The position numbers were made by a program, and so were the translations under genes. From contig NC_068990.1 in assembly GCF_001194135.2 (NCBI RefSeq), positions 66,745,218-66,809,217 of the forward strand: DNA of 64,000 nucleotides, in the 5' to 3' direction. Within the stretch, counting starts at the first letter, position 1; each line of letters starts with the position of its first letter. Source of the stretch: Octopus bimaculoides (Eukaryota). Below, one piece after another: positions 24,494 through 39,815 of the stretch. The notes beneath the pieces were generated by a model. That model saw only the letters and a list, made by a program, of their open reading frames with translations, was not told where the DNA came from and did no database searches.

Positions 24494-25658
24494 TGCTGAT
24501 AAAAGCTGCCTCAGTAACGATTTCAAGATAGCAATAAAGAAAGAGATTCTTGAGTTAAATGAATAGTTTTAGAAAACTAGGCTTCTCACGATAAATTTGG
24601 CAATGACAACCATGCCTGGAAGTAACGTTAAATATAACTGTCTTTTTTTCTATGAATAGAGAGCTGAATTCAATAATAATAAAAAGTGCACATAACTTCT
24701 CATGAATAAATGTATCTTAATCAAATTTACAGAAAATTGGCTTAGTGACCAACTTTTTGAGGAGAAAACAAGAGTCACTTTAATTAACAAAACTGCTACT
24801 CAGGGCTTGCGAGCAGCGTTGCTGTAAATAGATAATGATAAAGTCTGGGTCACTTATGAGATCTCTTAAATAAAATATTTTGATCTGATAAGACAGACAA
24901 AGTAAAAGGGTAGGAGTGTGAGGAGAAATTACTTGGAATGAAGAAACGGGGGTGCGGTGGAGAGGATGCTTGAAAACAATAAAAATAGAAACGTGAGATG
25001 AGGGAAAGGTGAAAATGTTAAAAGATAAAAAGAGAGAACTGATGAATAATAAAGGAAAAAACAACGAAGTAAAAGAAATAAATGTAAGAAATAACTTTGT
25101 TTATTTCTTTGAAGGTAGAAAAACACCTGAAGAAAGTTGTCTTCAAAGCATTCTATAATTAATTATGACTACTTGAAGCTTGTTTCATTTTCAGAACATG
25201 TTTGAAACAATACAGAGATGTGATATGCTACGGTTACACACATTTGCAGTCATGTTTCATGCACTAACGGAAACTGGATAGCTTTTTAAGGAAAACAACT
25301 CAGGTGATCGCATGCGAGTGTTTTGGTTGGTTGTTGCTGTTATTGCCGTTGATGTTGTTGCTGCTGCTGGTGCTGCTGTTGTGGTTGCTGTTGCTGCTGT
25401 GGTTGCTGTGATTAGTATTGTTGTTGTTTGTACTTTGACTCGATGGGTTAATTGCAATCTGTCACCGTTGCTAGGAATGGCAAATAAGGAAAGAAGTAAA
25501 AACATAATCACCGATTAGTTTTGAAAAACAATGATTAATTATTTTTTGAAAATCCGCTAAAGTATGTATAAATGCAAGCATCGCAGGGAGATTCAGAGTT
25601 AGGTCCGTATAATGGCATGGTCCGAGTTCCAATGTGAGGCACATACATGCATACAACG

Positions 25659-25700
<42 letters not shown>

Positions 25701-25711
25701 CACACACACAC

Positions 25712-25712
<1 letters not shown>

Positions 25713-25792
<80 letters not shown>

Positions 25793-25795
25793 TAC
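25713..25795. repeat. (AGAT)n/(AGAC)n tetranucleotide microsatellite
   Basis: Directly visible. Confidence 0.95.
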
Positions 25796-26339
25796 AGGGT
25801 GCAGCAGAGAAATCTCCCGTGTTTTACACGGTCATTAGTGTGGCACTAATTTAGATAGTAATAATGTTATGTTTACATGTTGTTAATGTTTCATCGTTTT
25901 TTTCACTTGCCATTTTTGTTTACGTTGGTGGACGCCGGGCATGCGTTTCCTATTGAAACGTCTAATAACATTGGTGAACCTACGAGGTCTTTTTTGTTGT
26001 TGTTGTACCCTATAATATGTGTCTACGTCTGTATATAACAGTGTAAAGTGCAGTTGGTATGACTTAACAATGTAACAAAAACCTAAGTACCCCGTTTAAG
26101 TAAGTAGAAGGGTGACTGTAATCGACTAAATCATTTAGAGCGGTACCCAGCATGGGCTCAATCCAATCACTGGAAGTAATTATAGAGTATCCCGATATAT
26201 TTTATATTGTGCTAATTGTAATTTTATCTGTTTCCACTACCTAAACCTGAAAATTATACCACTCCCAAAACATTAATTTTGCATTAAATCAATTGATAGT
26301 GGAAAACTTTATTTAAAGCATTTGACGAAATCTCAAATT

Positions 26340-26717
26340 CTTTTATTCTTTTACTTGTTTCAGTCATTTGACTGTGGCCATGCTGCAGCTCCCCGTTGAG
26401 GAGATTTAGTCGAAAAAATCGACGCCAGGGTTTATTTTTTAAAGCCTGGTCTCGCCAAGTTACGGGGACATAAACACACCAATACCGGTTGTCAAGCAGT
26501 GAACAGGGGACAAACACAGACACAGAGACATAGATATATACATAAATATATATGCCACGGGCTTCTTTTAGTTTCCGCCTACCAAATCTGCTCACAAGTC
26601 TTTGGTCGTTGCGAGGCCATAGTAGAAGACACTTGCCCAATGTGCCACGCTGTGGAACTAAACCCGGAACCATGTAGTTGGGAAGTAAGCTTCTTACCAT
26701 ACAGCCATCCCTGCGCG
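26340..26717 (-). mobile_element. SINE family B, near full length
   Basis: Minus strand gcgcagggatggctgtatggtaagaagc (A-box-like), ggttccgggtttagttcc (B-box-like), ggcacattgggcaagtgtcttc (CORE-like), internal TA repeat, tail gaaacaagtaaaagaataaaaga. Confidence 0.9.
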
Positions 26718-26747
26718 GCAATCTTTCCTTTATTTTAAAATTACTAC

Positions 26748-27075
26748 GAAGTCTAGGGCGGCAAACTGGCAGACTCGTTACCACGCGGGACAAAATGCTT
26801 AGCGGCATTTCGACAGTCTGATTTTCAATTCCGTCATCGTTGACATTGCTTTTCAGCCTTTCGGGATCGATTAAATAAGTACCAGTTGAATTCTGGGAGT
26901 CGATGTAATCGACTTAAGCTTCCACGACATTACAGACCTTGTGCCAAAATTTGAAACCAAAACTACTCAAAAGTCTCAGGTGACGAGCAGTATCGACTTT
27001 GCCTTTCATCCTTTCGGGCTCGATAAAGTAAGTACCAGTTGAACACTGGCCTTGTAACAAAATTTGAAGCAAATA
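26748..27075 (+). mobile_element. SINE family A copy followed by a partial tandem copy
   Basis: ggcggcaaactggcagactcgtt... to gtgccaaaatttgaaacc (about 26960), then cgactttgcctttcatcctttcggg...aaaatttgaagc. Confidence 0.8.
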
Positions 27076-27859
27076 TTACTGAAAAGTCTAAGATAGTGAC
27101 AGGCAGAATTGTTAGATCGTTAGGGAAAGACTGAGCGGCCCAAGTGCATAAGTAACACTTAATTTATCGACTCCAGATTTGTGAAAAACAAAATTATTCC
27201 TTGTGCAATTTGAGCTGGAAAGTTAGATAAACGATACTGAACGCTGTAATGCACACAGTCTGCTGTTATACCCTTCGTGTCAACTAGGGAGAGCACTAAG
27301 TAGGACAGGGGACTAGGCAATAATCCGGGACGCTAAAATTGGGACACCACAGTTAACTTATGTAAAAAAATGTTAAGCCAATTAAAAACACGAGAGCTTC
27401 AGAAATAAAGAAAAATAAATGACATGAGCTGGGTGAGAGGCTGGTGTGTCACATGATTTGACATGGAATATTTCAGATTTAGTCGCTGAGAAAATTACTC
27501 AGTCATATACATACGGTAGTTGACGGGGTAGAAGAAGTGTAGGCATATTAGACGTATCCCAACTTCAGCAGCGCATATTCAGGAAAGTAATGTTTTTAGT
27601 GCATTAAAGCTTATGGGAAGCCTAACTTCACATATATGAACTGGGGTGCTTTTTGAGATTTTTGGAAAAAAAGTGCGTCTTATATGCATTCAAATACTCC
27701 ACTCACTCCTTCATTCTGTTGCACTCGATTCCACTACACCCACCCTCTCCACCCCTCCTTCCCCGATACACATCCCCTCATCCTCACCCAAACCCGTCCG
27801 TTACTTCAACCCACGCACTTACTCCTCCGCTCTATCCACCCAGCCTTCCACTACCCCTC

Positions 27860-29400
27860 CCACCACCCCTCCAACATCTAACTCATCCACCCCTCCACTC
27901 TTCAGTCTGTTACCATTCCTCCTGATCTTCCCCTCTCTGAGGCAGAGCGCTCTCTTCTCAGTAAGGGTCTGCACTTCATTCCCCTCACTCCATCCAGCAA
28001 CGAATTTCAGACCCGTGCTGACATTCATAGCTTTGTGCGCTGCGTCAGGCTATATGCACTATTCCATAGCACTCTACTTGCATCTAATGAAGAGGACTGC
28101 TTCACCGACCTGGGCCGCCGACCATCTCCTGGCCAGTTCCAAGTAGTCGATCATTTTGCAAGCATCTGCCATCGTGTTGTGGACCGGTTTGACTTTCGCA
28201 AGCGTCCCCGGCATTTTAACGTCTCCCCGGCCCAACTCTCGACCCTTCGATGTTTCAGACGCCGCAAAGACATCTTCATAAACCGACTGACAATGGTGGA
28301 GCCGTAGTGGTGTGGCGTGCAGACCATTGCAGGCTGAAGCTTTTAGCCAACATCAAGACACCTCCTTCTATTGCCCTTGCCCTCCAACCCCACGCCTAAC
28401 TACCAACAGACTGTGCTAACTACTATCCATGACCTCATCTCCTCCTCCCGTATCCCTCTGACCTCTTCCAACCTCATTGTCCGCACTCCTCACACCCTTA
28501 CCATTTACTTCCTTTCCAAAATCCACAAGCCCAACAACCCTGGCCGTCCCACCGTCTCCGCCTGGAACTGCCCCACGGAATTTATCTCAAAATACCTCGA
28601 CCATGTCCTTGCCCCTAGTTACTTCCCTCCCCTTCCACATCCAGGACACTAACCATGCTCTCCGTCTCTTCAACTCTTTCTCTTTCCCACCTGGCCCATC
28701 TAAACTTCCCCTCACTCTTGATTATCTAGAGTCTATATACGGTGATCTTACACAACGAAGGACTTCTTGCACTCAAACACTTCCTAGAACTTCGATCCAA
28801 CCTCCCAATTGACATCCCCACACTTCTTCGTCTGGCCGAACTTTGTTCACTCCTTCAATTGATTCTCGTTCGCAGGGGATTTTTACCAACATTCCTCGGG
28901 AGTGGCCATGGGAATGAGAATGGGCCCCAACTATGCGAACCTGTTCGTTGCGTACGATGAGGCCCAAATATTCTCACGATTCACTGGTCCCACTCCCGAA
29001 CTATACGGTCGTTATATTGACGGCCGTATCGGTGTGACCTCACTCTCCCGCGAACAAATAGACTCCTTCCTCTCTTTTGTCCAATCCTTCCATCCTGCCC
29101 TCGAATTCTCTTGTACTATTTTCAATACTTCCGTTGCAATTCTCGACATTTGGGTCAACATACACCACTCCGCTTTCACTACCTCTATCCACTACAAACA
29201 CACCGACTCACACTCATACATTAAGTTCTCCTCCCACCGTACCCACACCAGGCTCTCTATCCCTTGCTCCCAATTCCTACGTCAGCGCAGGCTCTGCAGT
29301 GACAACCATGACTTTGAGACTCAGTCTCAACTAATAGCTCGCCACTTCACCCTTCAGGATATCCCCGGACTCCCGCCTTCGCCGTAGACAAGAACATGGG
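27860..29400 (+). pseudogene. Penelope-like element reverse transcriptase (decayed; GIY-YIG not seen)
   Basis: LSEAERSLLSKGLHFIP, KPTDNGGAVVVWR, YFLSKIHKPNNPGRPTVSA..CPTEFISKYLD, AMGMRMGPNYANLFV, RYIDG, FHPALEFS, HYKHTDSHSY, IPCSQFLRQRRLCS are PLE RT/thumb motifs. Confidence 0.9.
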
Positions 29401-29694
29401 CTCAACTCCACACCTCTTTTCATCTGACACCCCTCCTCTCCTCTCTTCATTCCTAACCACCTCTCTTTGTTGATACCAAACTTCAGCCACCCCATCCACA
29501 GCCACCCCACTCCTACATACCTCACGCCCACACCCACATTCACCCCACACACCACCCACACCACACCATCATCTGCAGAATATAAATATATATTTATGTA
29601 CTGGAAAACGTGTGAAATCCTTCGTACAGATAGGTATATTTGAAAGAGGAAAAGAATGACTTCACTGGTAGTTCTAATCAATTCAATTTTCTAA

Positions 29695-32062
29695 TAGTTA
29701 CAGTTCGGTTTATAGATTTAAGTTCTTGGTTAACTTCGGTGGGGAGATTTTTTAAAGATTCCTTGTGAACTTTTCAGGAGAACTCTCTCGCATTCGTCGG
29801 TGGTGATCATCATCCTGAGCTCAGATTGTGTTGTGCTGTATAATTCTATATATAAGAAATCCGAGTGTGTCTGGGGTGGGATTGTGGTTTGTTAATAAAT
29901 ATGGGAGTGGAGGAGTGTTGATGAACAAGAGCTGAAATGAAATAGTGAATGGTAAAAACAAGATAATTGATCGAGAGTGGAGTTGGGAGGTGGTGAAGTG
30001 TTTTATGAAGGGATTGTGAAAGTGCCTTCCTGCTGGTTCCATTTGAATAGTTGACCTTTGGCGAAAAATATGATGGTCAGATGTTTGTCAAATTCTCTTA
30101 TGGCTGAATCAACTATCTTAATTTCATAAAGAGAAGCTCCAGTAATTTTCTATGTTAAATATGAGTTTAGGTGTGTGTTTTGGTGGGGGTAGTTAACGAG
30201 ATGTAAGATACATGACTTCTGATAAAAAGGGGATAGTAGCAGAGAGAGAAAAATATAAGGTTAGTTCTGGAATGTTTGTTCATAGAGATGTAATTGTTAT
30301 AATTGTTTGAAAGGGAAGGTGGGGGAGATCATGCTAGCCCACATATTTACTTCCCTACATATAAATAATCAAAAAGTATACATACATATATGCACACATA
30401 CATATACATATATACATACATATACATATATATATATACATATATATCTGTATGTATACATATATGTGTATGTATATATGTATGTATATATGCATATATG
30501 TATATATATGTGTGTATGTATGCATATGTGTGTATATATGTATGTATATATGTGTGTATCTATATGAATGCATATATGTGTGTATATATATATATATATA
30601 TAGATATATATATATATATATATACATATATATATACACGCACATATACATATATATATACAGATATACACATACATATATACACACACATATGCATACA
30701 TACACACATATACCCATATATACATGCATATATACTTACACATGTATACTTATATATATATATATATATATACGTATATATCTACACACATACACACACA
30801 TTTTTTTCTAGTTCATACGAACCCATATATTTGCACATGTATCCACACCTGTATATTTATATATACCTACATATATATACATACGTACACACACACACAT
30901 ATGTATACGTATCTACATTACCCAAGTATTTAAGTTCACAGGTACATCGGAGAGAGGGAGATTACTGAAATGGTAGTGTACCTTCGATGGTTGTTCTTCT
31001 CTTCAACGCTCGAATGATTGAAAGTATGATCATCCACTTCTATTTGGATATATGCATCTTTGCTTTTTTAAAAAAAAAAAAAAAAAGCAAAATACGAATC
31101 CCGTTATTGTGGAGTAGATTATCATTTTTTTTTTTTAAATTCTAGTACTGGTTTGTACTTTCTAATGAAGAATTCTTCTTTATATTTCCGGAAATATTCG
31201 TTGTCCGACCATAACTTAAAGAAGGGGAAAATTATGAATTTTCACTTTCCCCATGATGCGAAGTTTTCACTGTAAGTGGTGTCTCTGACAGAGGGATCTC
31301 TAATTTGTTGTTTATATACACGAACTCTGTCATGTAGTTCCGTTCCGGTTTCCCAAATGTCGTATTCTTGACATTGTGGGCGAGTTGCACTTGTTTTGCA
31401 ATTCATGTTTGCATTAAATTTGAAAATCTCATTGTTTTTAAAGGAGATTTGTTAACCCCTCTTCAATGTATCCGCAAATTCTGCATCGAGGGTCCCTGCA
31501 TTTCTTAACTTACATCGTTTCAATGTTAGGCGTAAATTTCGCTTTGGTGAGCAACTTCTTTTTTTGGCTGGGTGCATGGTGTCTGCTGTATATTATTTTT
31601 GAGTCGTTTATGAATGCACTCATTTTGGGGGATTGCTCGAGAATTCGGAGATATTGTTTGGCGGCTTTCACAATGTTGAGATTCCTTGGGTTCCTTTTTA
31701 TTTTGTTGGTTTGTTTTTCTCAGTGTTGTCACTGGAATGTTCTGGGTCTTGGAGATGGTCGTATTGATGAGGTTCACGGAAAATTCTTGTCTTTTAAGGA
31801 ACCATTAAAGTTCATATAATCTGCTTTCCTGTAGTATGTTACTATGGTGCAGATGCATCTTGCCATGTTAAAGGGACTGTCTCGTTTAGTATGTGAGGGG
31901 TGTGCTGATCGGAAATTTAAATATTGGTGTGTGTCTGATAGTTTATGAAATAGGTCTCTCACGATATTTTCCCCTTCTTTAATGATAAGGATATCCAGAA
32001 ACGGTAGTTCCTTTCTATCACATTTCATGTTAAACTGCATTGCTTCCTGTTTATGATGGAAT
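29695..32062 (-). mobile_element. Second Penelope-like element: RT C-terminus, GIY-YIG endonuclease and 3' terminal region (interrupted by microsatellite 30375-30910)
   Basis: ELPFLDILIIKEG..FHKLSDTHQYLNFRSAHPSHTKRDSPFNMARCICTIV (thumb); CRDPRCRICGYI and FIIFPFFKL...KEEFFIRKYKPVLE (GIY-YIG domain ends). Confidence 0.8.
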
Positions 32063-32063
32063 G

Positions 32064-32510
32064 GAAAATTACTGAACATAGAAAATTACTGAACATAGAA
32101 AATTACTGAAACTTCTCTTTATGAAATTAAGATAGTTGATTCAGCCATAAGGGAATCTGAAAAACATTTTTCACAAGCCCTTCATAAAACACTCCTTAAA
32201 CACCCCACCACCTTCCAATTCAGTTCAACCCTGAAACAGTTACCTTGTTTTTACCATTCACTATTTTCTTTCACATCTTGTTCATCGAAACCATTCACTC
32301 CCACACTTATTAACAAACTCCAACCTCACCCCAGACACACCCAAATCTCTTATATATAGAATCACACAGCACAACACAACATGAGATCAGTTTGACAATC
32401 TCCACCGACGAATGCGAGAAAGTTCTCCTGAAAAGTTCGCAAGGAATCTTTACAGAATCTCCTCACCAAATTTAACCAAGAACTTACTACATATAAAATC
32501 TAAACTGTAA
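32064..32510 (+). mobile_element. Inverted copy of the Penelope 3' terminal region at the 5' truncation point
   Basis: aacatagaaaattactgaaacttctctttatgaaattaagatagttgattcagccataag matches the reverse complement of about 30155-30090; similarity continues, with an indel, to ccaagaactta (29720). Confidence 0.85.
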
Positions 32511-32979
32511 ATTTATATTGTTAGAAAATTAAATTTATTAGAGCTACCAGTGAAACCATTCTTTTGTTTTTCAAATNNNNNNNNNNNNNNNNNNNNNNNN
32601 NNNNNNNNNNNNNNNNNNNNNNNNNNNNNNNNNNNNNNNNNNNNNNNNNNNNNNNNNNNNNNNNNNNNNNNNNNNNNNNNNNNNNNNNNNNNNNNNNNNN
32701 NNNNNNNNNNNNNNNNNNNNNNNNNNNNNNNNNNNNNNNNNNNNNNNNNNNNNNNNNNNNNNNNNNNNNNNNNNNNNNNNNNNNNNNNNNNNNNNNNNNN
32801 NNNNNNNNNNNNNNNNNNNNNNNNNNNNNNNNNNNNNNNNNNNNNNNNNNNNNNNNNNNNNNNNNNNNNNNNNNNNNNNNNNNNNNNNNNNNNNNNNNNN
32901 NNNNNNNNNNNNNNNNNNNNNNNNNNNNNNNNNNNNNNNNNNTATAGGCTTGTGAGTGAATTTGTGGTAGCCCCTCTCC

Positions 32980-35078
<2,099 letters not shown>

Positions 35079-35118
35079 TTTATGTGAGTATGCACGCATG
35101 TCTGCACGGGTGTGTGTT

Positions 35119-35153
<35 letters not shown>

Positions 35154-35192
35154 TTACAAACACGCACACTTATCAGAATATATCTGTATATA

Positions 35193-35238
<46 letters not shown>

Positions 35239-36024
35239 ATTATATTTAGATGAGAAATTTTACATCAATAGATCTACAAAAATTTCACTTTGTACTGAAA
35301 TAATTTTGAGGTTTAGCAATGAACCATATATGGCGTTGTATGCAGCTTCACCCGTTTGTAGTCAAGTCTATACAACTTCAAAATTATATGCATACCTATA
35401 TACATCATGCATTCATATACATGTATGTTTACACACACACTCATATGTATGCATGCATGTATGTATGTATGTATGTATGTATATATGTATGTATGTATGT
35501 ATGTGTGAATATAAGTTCGCGTGTGCGTCTTTGTGATCAAGTTGGTATGTCACTGCTTAACTGCACGTGTTTCTATATAGCCTTTACTGAATGGTTCGGC
35601 AGGAGGAAAGTGATGCGGTCGATTTGATCGTCTACACCCAGCAAGAGTCTTCCCAAACATGTTTACAAAGTATATATGTATGTATGTATGCATGTATGTA
35701 TGTATGTATGTATGTATGAATGTATGTATGTAAGTCACCATGAGAAATACACGTCAGCCTATTCTATCGTAATATAAAGTATTACAAAAGCCTTAGAGTG
35801 ACTTTATTAAATTAGAAGAGGTACACCAAGGGGAGACGAAAGATGCTAAATCGGCTTTTCATAGATCTTTTTGTATTCTAGTAAAATTATTCAAAAATAT
35901 CTTATTACATTCAAATGAATTCGAAATACGCTATTATATACTTCAACGTACATTATTACATACAGGTTTTGTTCCTCATACATACATACATACATGTACG
36001 CATGCATACATACATACATGCATG

Positions 36025-36360
36025 CATATTTTCCTAACACAAGTCAGAAGAGAAAAAATATGCTCTGTTGTGAAAATCAACTGCCCTTTGAACTCCAGTA
36101 TGGTCAGAAAAATAGAGAAGAAAGATAACATCTATGAGTCATTGATAAGGAGTTTGCATTTCCAGTACCCAAGACATACTTTCAGTTTTATTATTATTAT
36201 TATTATTGGACCAACAGAACACGTACCAATCTGCCTGGAGCAAAATATGATTGAACTTAGGTTGCCAAATACGAATGCAACAACTTAATTCATACACTAC
36301 AAGTGATCACAATATCTGGGTCAATAAACATGTACAAGACCTTTTTAAAATGTAAAGTGT
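36025..36360 (+). pseudogene. C-terminal RLE (restriction-like endonuclease) fragment of an R2/R4-group non-LTR element
   Basis: CSVVKINCPLNSSMVRKIEKKDNIYESLIRSLHFQYPRHTFSFIIIIIIGPTEHVPICL ... LQVITISGSINMYKTFL fits the E/K-x-x-C-P...K..KY..L...IIIGALG pattern. Confidence 0.6.
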
Positions 36361-37434
36361 GATGAACTAAACCACATGCTTTCCATCATGACTTTGCTAC
36401 CAAGTAGCCAAGTAGGTGGCCGGCAGAGTTTAATTCGAAATTACGAGAAAAAGAAAACATACTTGCACACACACGCACACGTGCGCGCGCGTGCGTACAC
36501 ACACACAAATGTATCGATGTGCTCGTGTGCATGTGTGTGTGTATGTATGTATGTTCATATACGTTTATTGTCACAAAACTGAAAGCTTAAAAGCAAAACA
36601 ACGTATTTTGAACGATTTTTCGCGAGAATCTGAAAATCGGGCTTCAAAATATTTATCTTCTTTTAAAAGGAATATATTCGAGAAGCTTGCTATATCATGC
36701 ATTTTCATAATGCTATGATAGAATAACAAATTTAGAAAAAAAGACAGGTGTTTAAAACAGAGAAACGTAGCTTTTATACTCCTTTTATTATGCTACGGCA
36801 GTATAACTATTTTATGGAAAATAAGAGAAAAAGAGGTCTTAAAAGCATTCATTTATAGCTTAGTTTTAAAGCGCAGCTTATTTCAAAACCAGATTTACGG
36901 TTCTTTTTCTTTCTTTTTTATGTTACATCAAACTACTAAAAGGCAACCAAAATATGGGGAGAATATTTATTGACAAAAAATATTAACAAAAGGGCATTGT
37001 AAGGATCGGACGCCGAAGATATAAGCGCAAAGTTAAATAGTTAATTTATCGAATAGTTTGTTCTTTAAATCCTCTCCTTATTAAATATTCTCTTTCTTTT
37101 TCCTCTCAATAAAAATATAAAAATACGAAACGACTGATTTTTGATCCTCTCCTGCTCTTATCTCCCTTCGCCTTCACTCTTTAGCTTCAATATAGTGACA
37201 TAACATTCAGTCTTCCAGGCATTTGATTTGTTTGTGTTGGTATTTAATAAAAAAAGAAAAGTTTTAACAGAGAAGGAATTTAAACAACGGAATAATTCCA
37301 TAAATAAACTATTGCAGTTTGTCGTGTATGTCTTCCATACAACGATCCTACAATTCACTTTCATCACTATCATCATCATCGTCACCGTCGTCGTCGTTGT
37401 CGTCAACATCATCATCATCATCATCGGCGAGCGA

Positions 37435-37545
37435 ATATCGGCAAAGTTTATCTCGGCGGAATTTAAACTCAGAGCATAAAGACAGACAAAATGCCGCTAA
37501 GTATTTTGCTCGATTTGCTAACAATTCTGCCATCATGCCGCCTTG
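37435..37545 (-). mobile_element. SINE family A 5' half
   Basis: ggcggcatgatggcagaattgttagc...tgctctgagtttaaattccgccgag on minus strand. Confidence 0.75.
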
Positions 37546-37671
37546 GAAAAAATATGAAACGCTTCATGCGAATCATTCTTGTGCAAGGACCATGCTATTC
37601 ATCTCTGTATCGTTCCACTTTTAGAATATGTACTGCCGAAACTAGTTTAGATTATTATTAATATTACTATA

Positions 37672-38061
37672 GTGGAGGCGCAATGGCCCAGTGGTTAGGG
37701 CAGCGGACTCGCGGTCATAGGATCGCGGTTTCGATTCCTAGATCGGGCGTTGTGAGTGTTTATTGAGCGAAAACACCTAAAGTTTCACGAGGCTCCGGCA
37801 GGCGATGGTGACGAACCATGCTGTACTCTTTCACTACAACTTTCTCTCACTCTCACTCTTACTTCCTGTTTCTGTTGTGCTTGTAATTCAAAGGGTCAGC
37901 CTTGTCACTCTGTGTCACACTGAATATCCCCGAGAACTACGTTAAGGGTACACGTATTTGTGGAGTGCTCAGCCACTTGCACGTTAATTTCACAAGCAGG
38001 CTGTTCCGTCGATTAGATCAACTGGAACCGTCGACGTCGTAAGCGACGGAGTGCCAACAAC
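37672..38061 (+). mobile_element. Full-length tRNA-Arg-derived SINE (family D) with 12-bp target-site duplication
   Basis: Head ggaggcgcaatggcccagtggttagggcagcggactcgcggtc...ggtttcgattcc (A/B boxes, TCG at the anticodon position); TSD aatattactata at 37660-37671 and 38062-38073; (CAA)n tail. Confidence 0.9.
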
Positions 38062-38932
38062 AATATTACTATAATTTGTTCTTGCTGAGACCGGGACCCA
38101 TGTGAGTGTTTGTGTATGTAGTTGTCTATAATTAACAAGCGTGTAATTGTTAATATGTTCGTGTGCATGTGTGTGTGAGACTGTTTTCGTGCGCGCGCGC
38201 GCGTGTGGAGAGGTGGAGTTGAGGAGAGTTTTATACGGTAGATGTAATCTTCCGCAATAATCTAACTAGAAATGACTTGACCATGAATGTATAAAAAGAA
38301 CATCATCTCTTATTAGGATTTGAAACTAGAAGCAATAACTGTTAAACATGTGTTTCACTATCTATCGTTATTGATGTTATTATTGTTATTTCGTCAAATA
38401 ATAGATCTAGTGGAGCAAAACTGTGGTTCCATTCGTGACCATCTTGTCCTAACTTTAGACACATTTTACTCATAGATATATCATACAATGTATACTTCAT
38501 TAAGTGAGTCGTTTGAGGAAGATTTAACGACTATTTCTAGCAAGGAATTGTAGATGCTTGTGCATGTTTATATATTGTGCCGTATTTTAAATGACAGGTT
38601 TGCTAGTTTCATACAACTGTATTATATACATTGCAAACAGATGCTGGGACAGAGGTACTAACTTTAGCATTCTATAAAATAATTAAATTTATATATAATA
38701 TAAAAGTAGTATATAATTTCTCATGTACACAACTAACCAACACAGATTGTAAATTAACTACATTACACATCGAAAGATACATGTATGAATGTAAGTATAT
38801 ATTAAAGTATATTTATAAGTAAACATATATATTTATATTCATATATGTGTGTATAAATGCATACAGACATATTCAAACATATAATATACTCATATATATA
38901 CATGTATATATGTATATGTATGTATGTATATG

Positions 38933-39027
<95 letters not shown>

Positions 39028-39495
39028 GTGTGTGTGTATGTGTGTGTGTGTGTATGTGTGTGTGTGTGTGTGAAACGGATAGAAGTAGAGACATCAAAAG
39101 ACCGCTCTTATACAATAGAACAGAGTGATGAATTATTATTAATACAGAGAAAATTATTAAAATTTCGCACATACACCTATATATTTATAGCTATGGTTGT
39201 CTCACTTTCTCGCTCTCACACTCTCACAAACCTCTCTCCCTCCCCTCTCTCCCCCCTCTCTCTCTATATATATATGTATATACATATATTTTACCATTAA
39301 TTTATATAACCAATAAGAAAATTTTCTTATTGCTATATGAATTAATGGTAAAATAGTTTTTTTACCCGTACGCATTTATTGCACTTGGTAATGCAATGAA
39401 AAAACACTAGTGTAATAATAATTGGGTATTCTTCCAGCAGTGTATTGAATAGATATTATCCCTTAGTGGGTTGGATTAACAAGCCCTAACTTTCT

Positions 39496-39567
<72 letters not shown>

Positions 39568-39589
39568 TATGTAACATATATATGTGCGT

Positions 39590-39815
39590 AGTGTGTCACT
39601 GTGTTTACGTCTAAGCCCTTCGATCGCTTGATAACTGGTGTCGGTTTTGTTTACGTCCCAGTAACTTAGTTGTTCTACAAAATAGACCGATAGAATTAGT
39701 ACCAGACTTGAAAACTTTACGTACTGGAGATGATTTATTTGATTAAAACATTCAAGTCAGTGCCCCAGCATGGCCACCGTCCAATGGCTGAAACAAGTAA
39801 AAGATAAAAGATAAA
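39590..39815 (+). mobile_element. SINE family B 3' part
   Basis: gcttgataactggtgtcgg...ccgatagaattagtaccag...gtgccccagcatggccacc...gaaacaagtaaaagataaaaga. Confidence 0.8.

Noticed and set aside
25795-25990. tacagggtg start resembling a Tc1/mariner TIR
   Set aside because: No second TIR or transposase remnant.
30970-31015. Hammerhead-like remnant (ttgaagag...atcgaaggtac) downstream of the Penelope GIY-YIG
   Set aside because: Position fits a PLE ribozyme, but C3, GAAA and all stems are broken; too degenerate to call.
37672-37745. tRNA-Arg-like sequence
   Set aside because: It is the head of a SINE with a body, tail and TSD; acceptor-stem pairing and a terminator are lacking, so it is not called as a tRNA gene.
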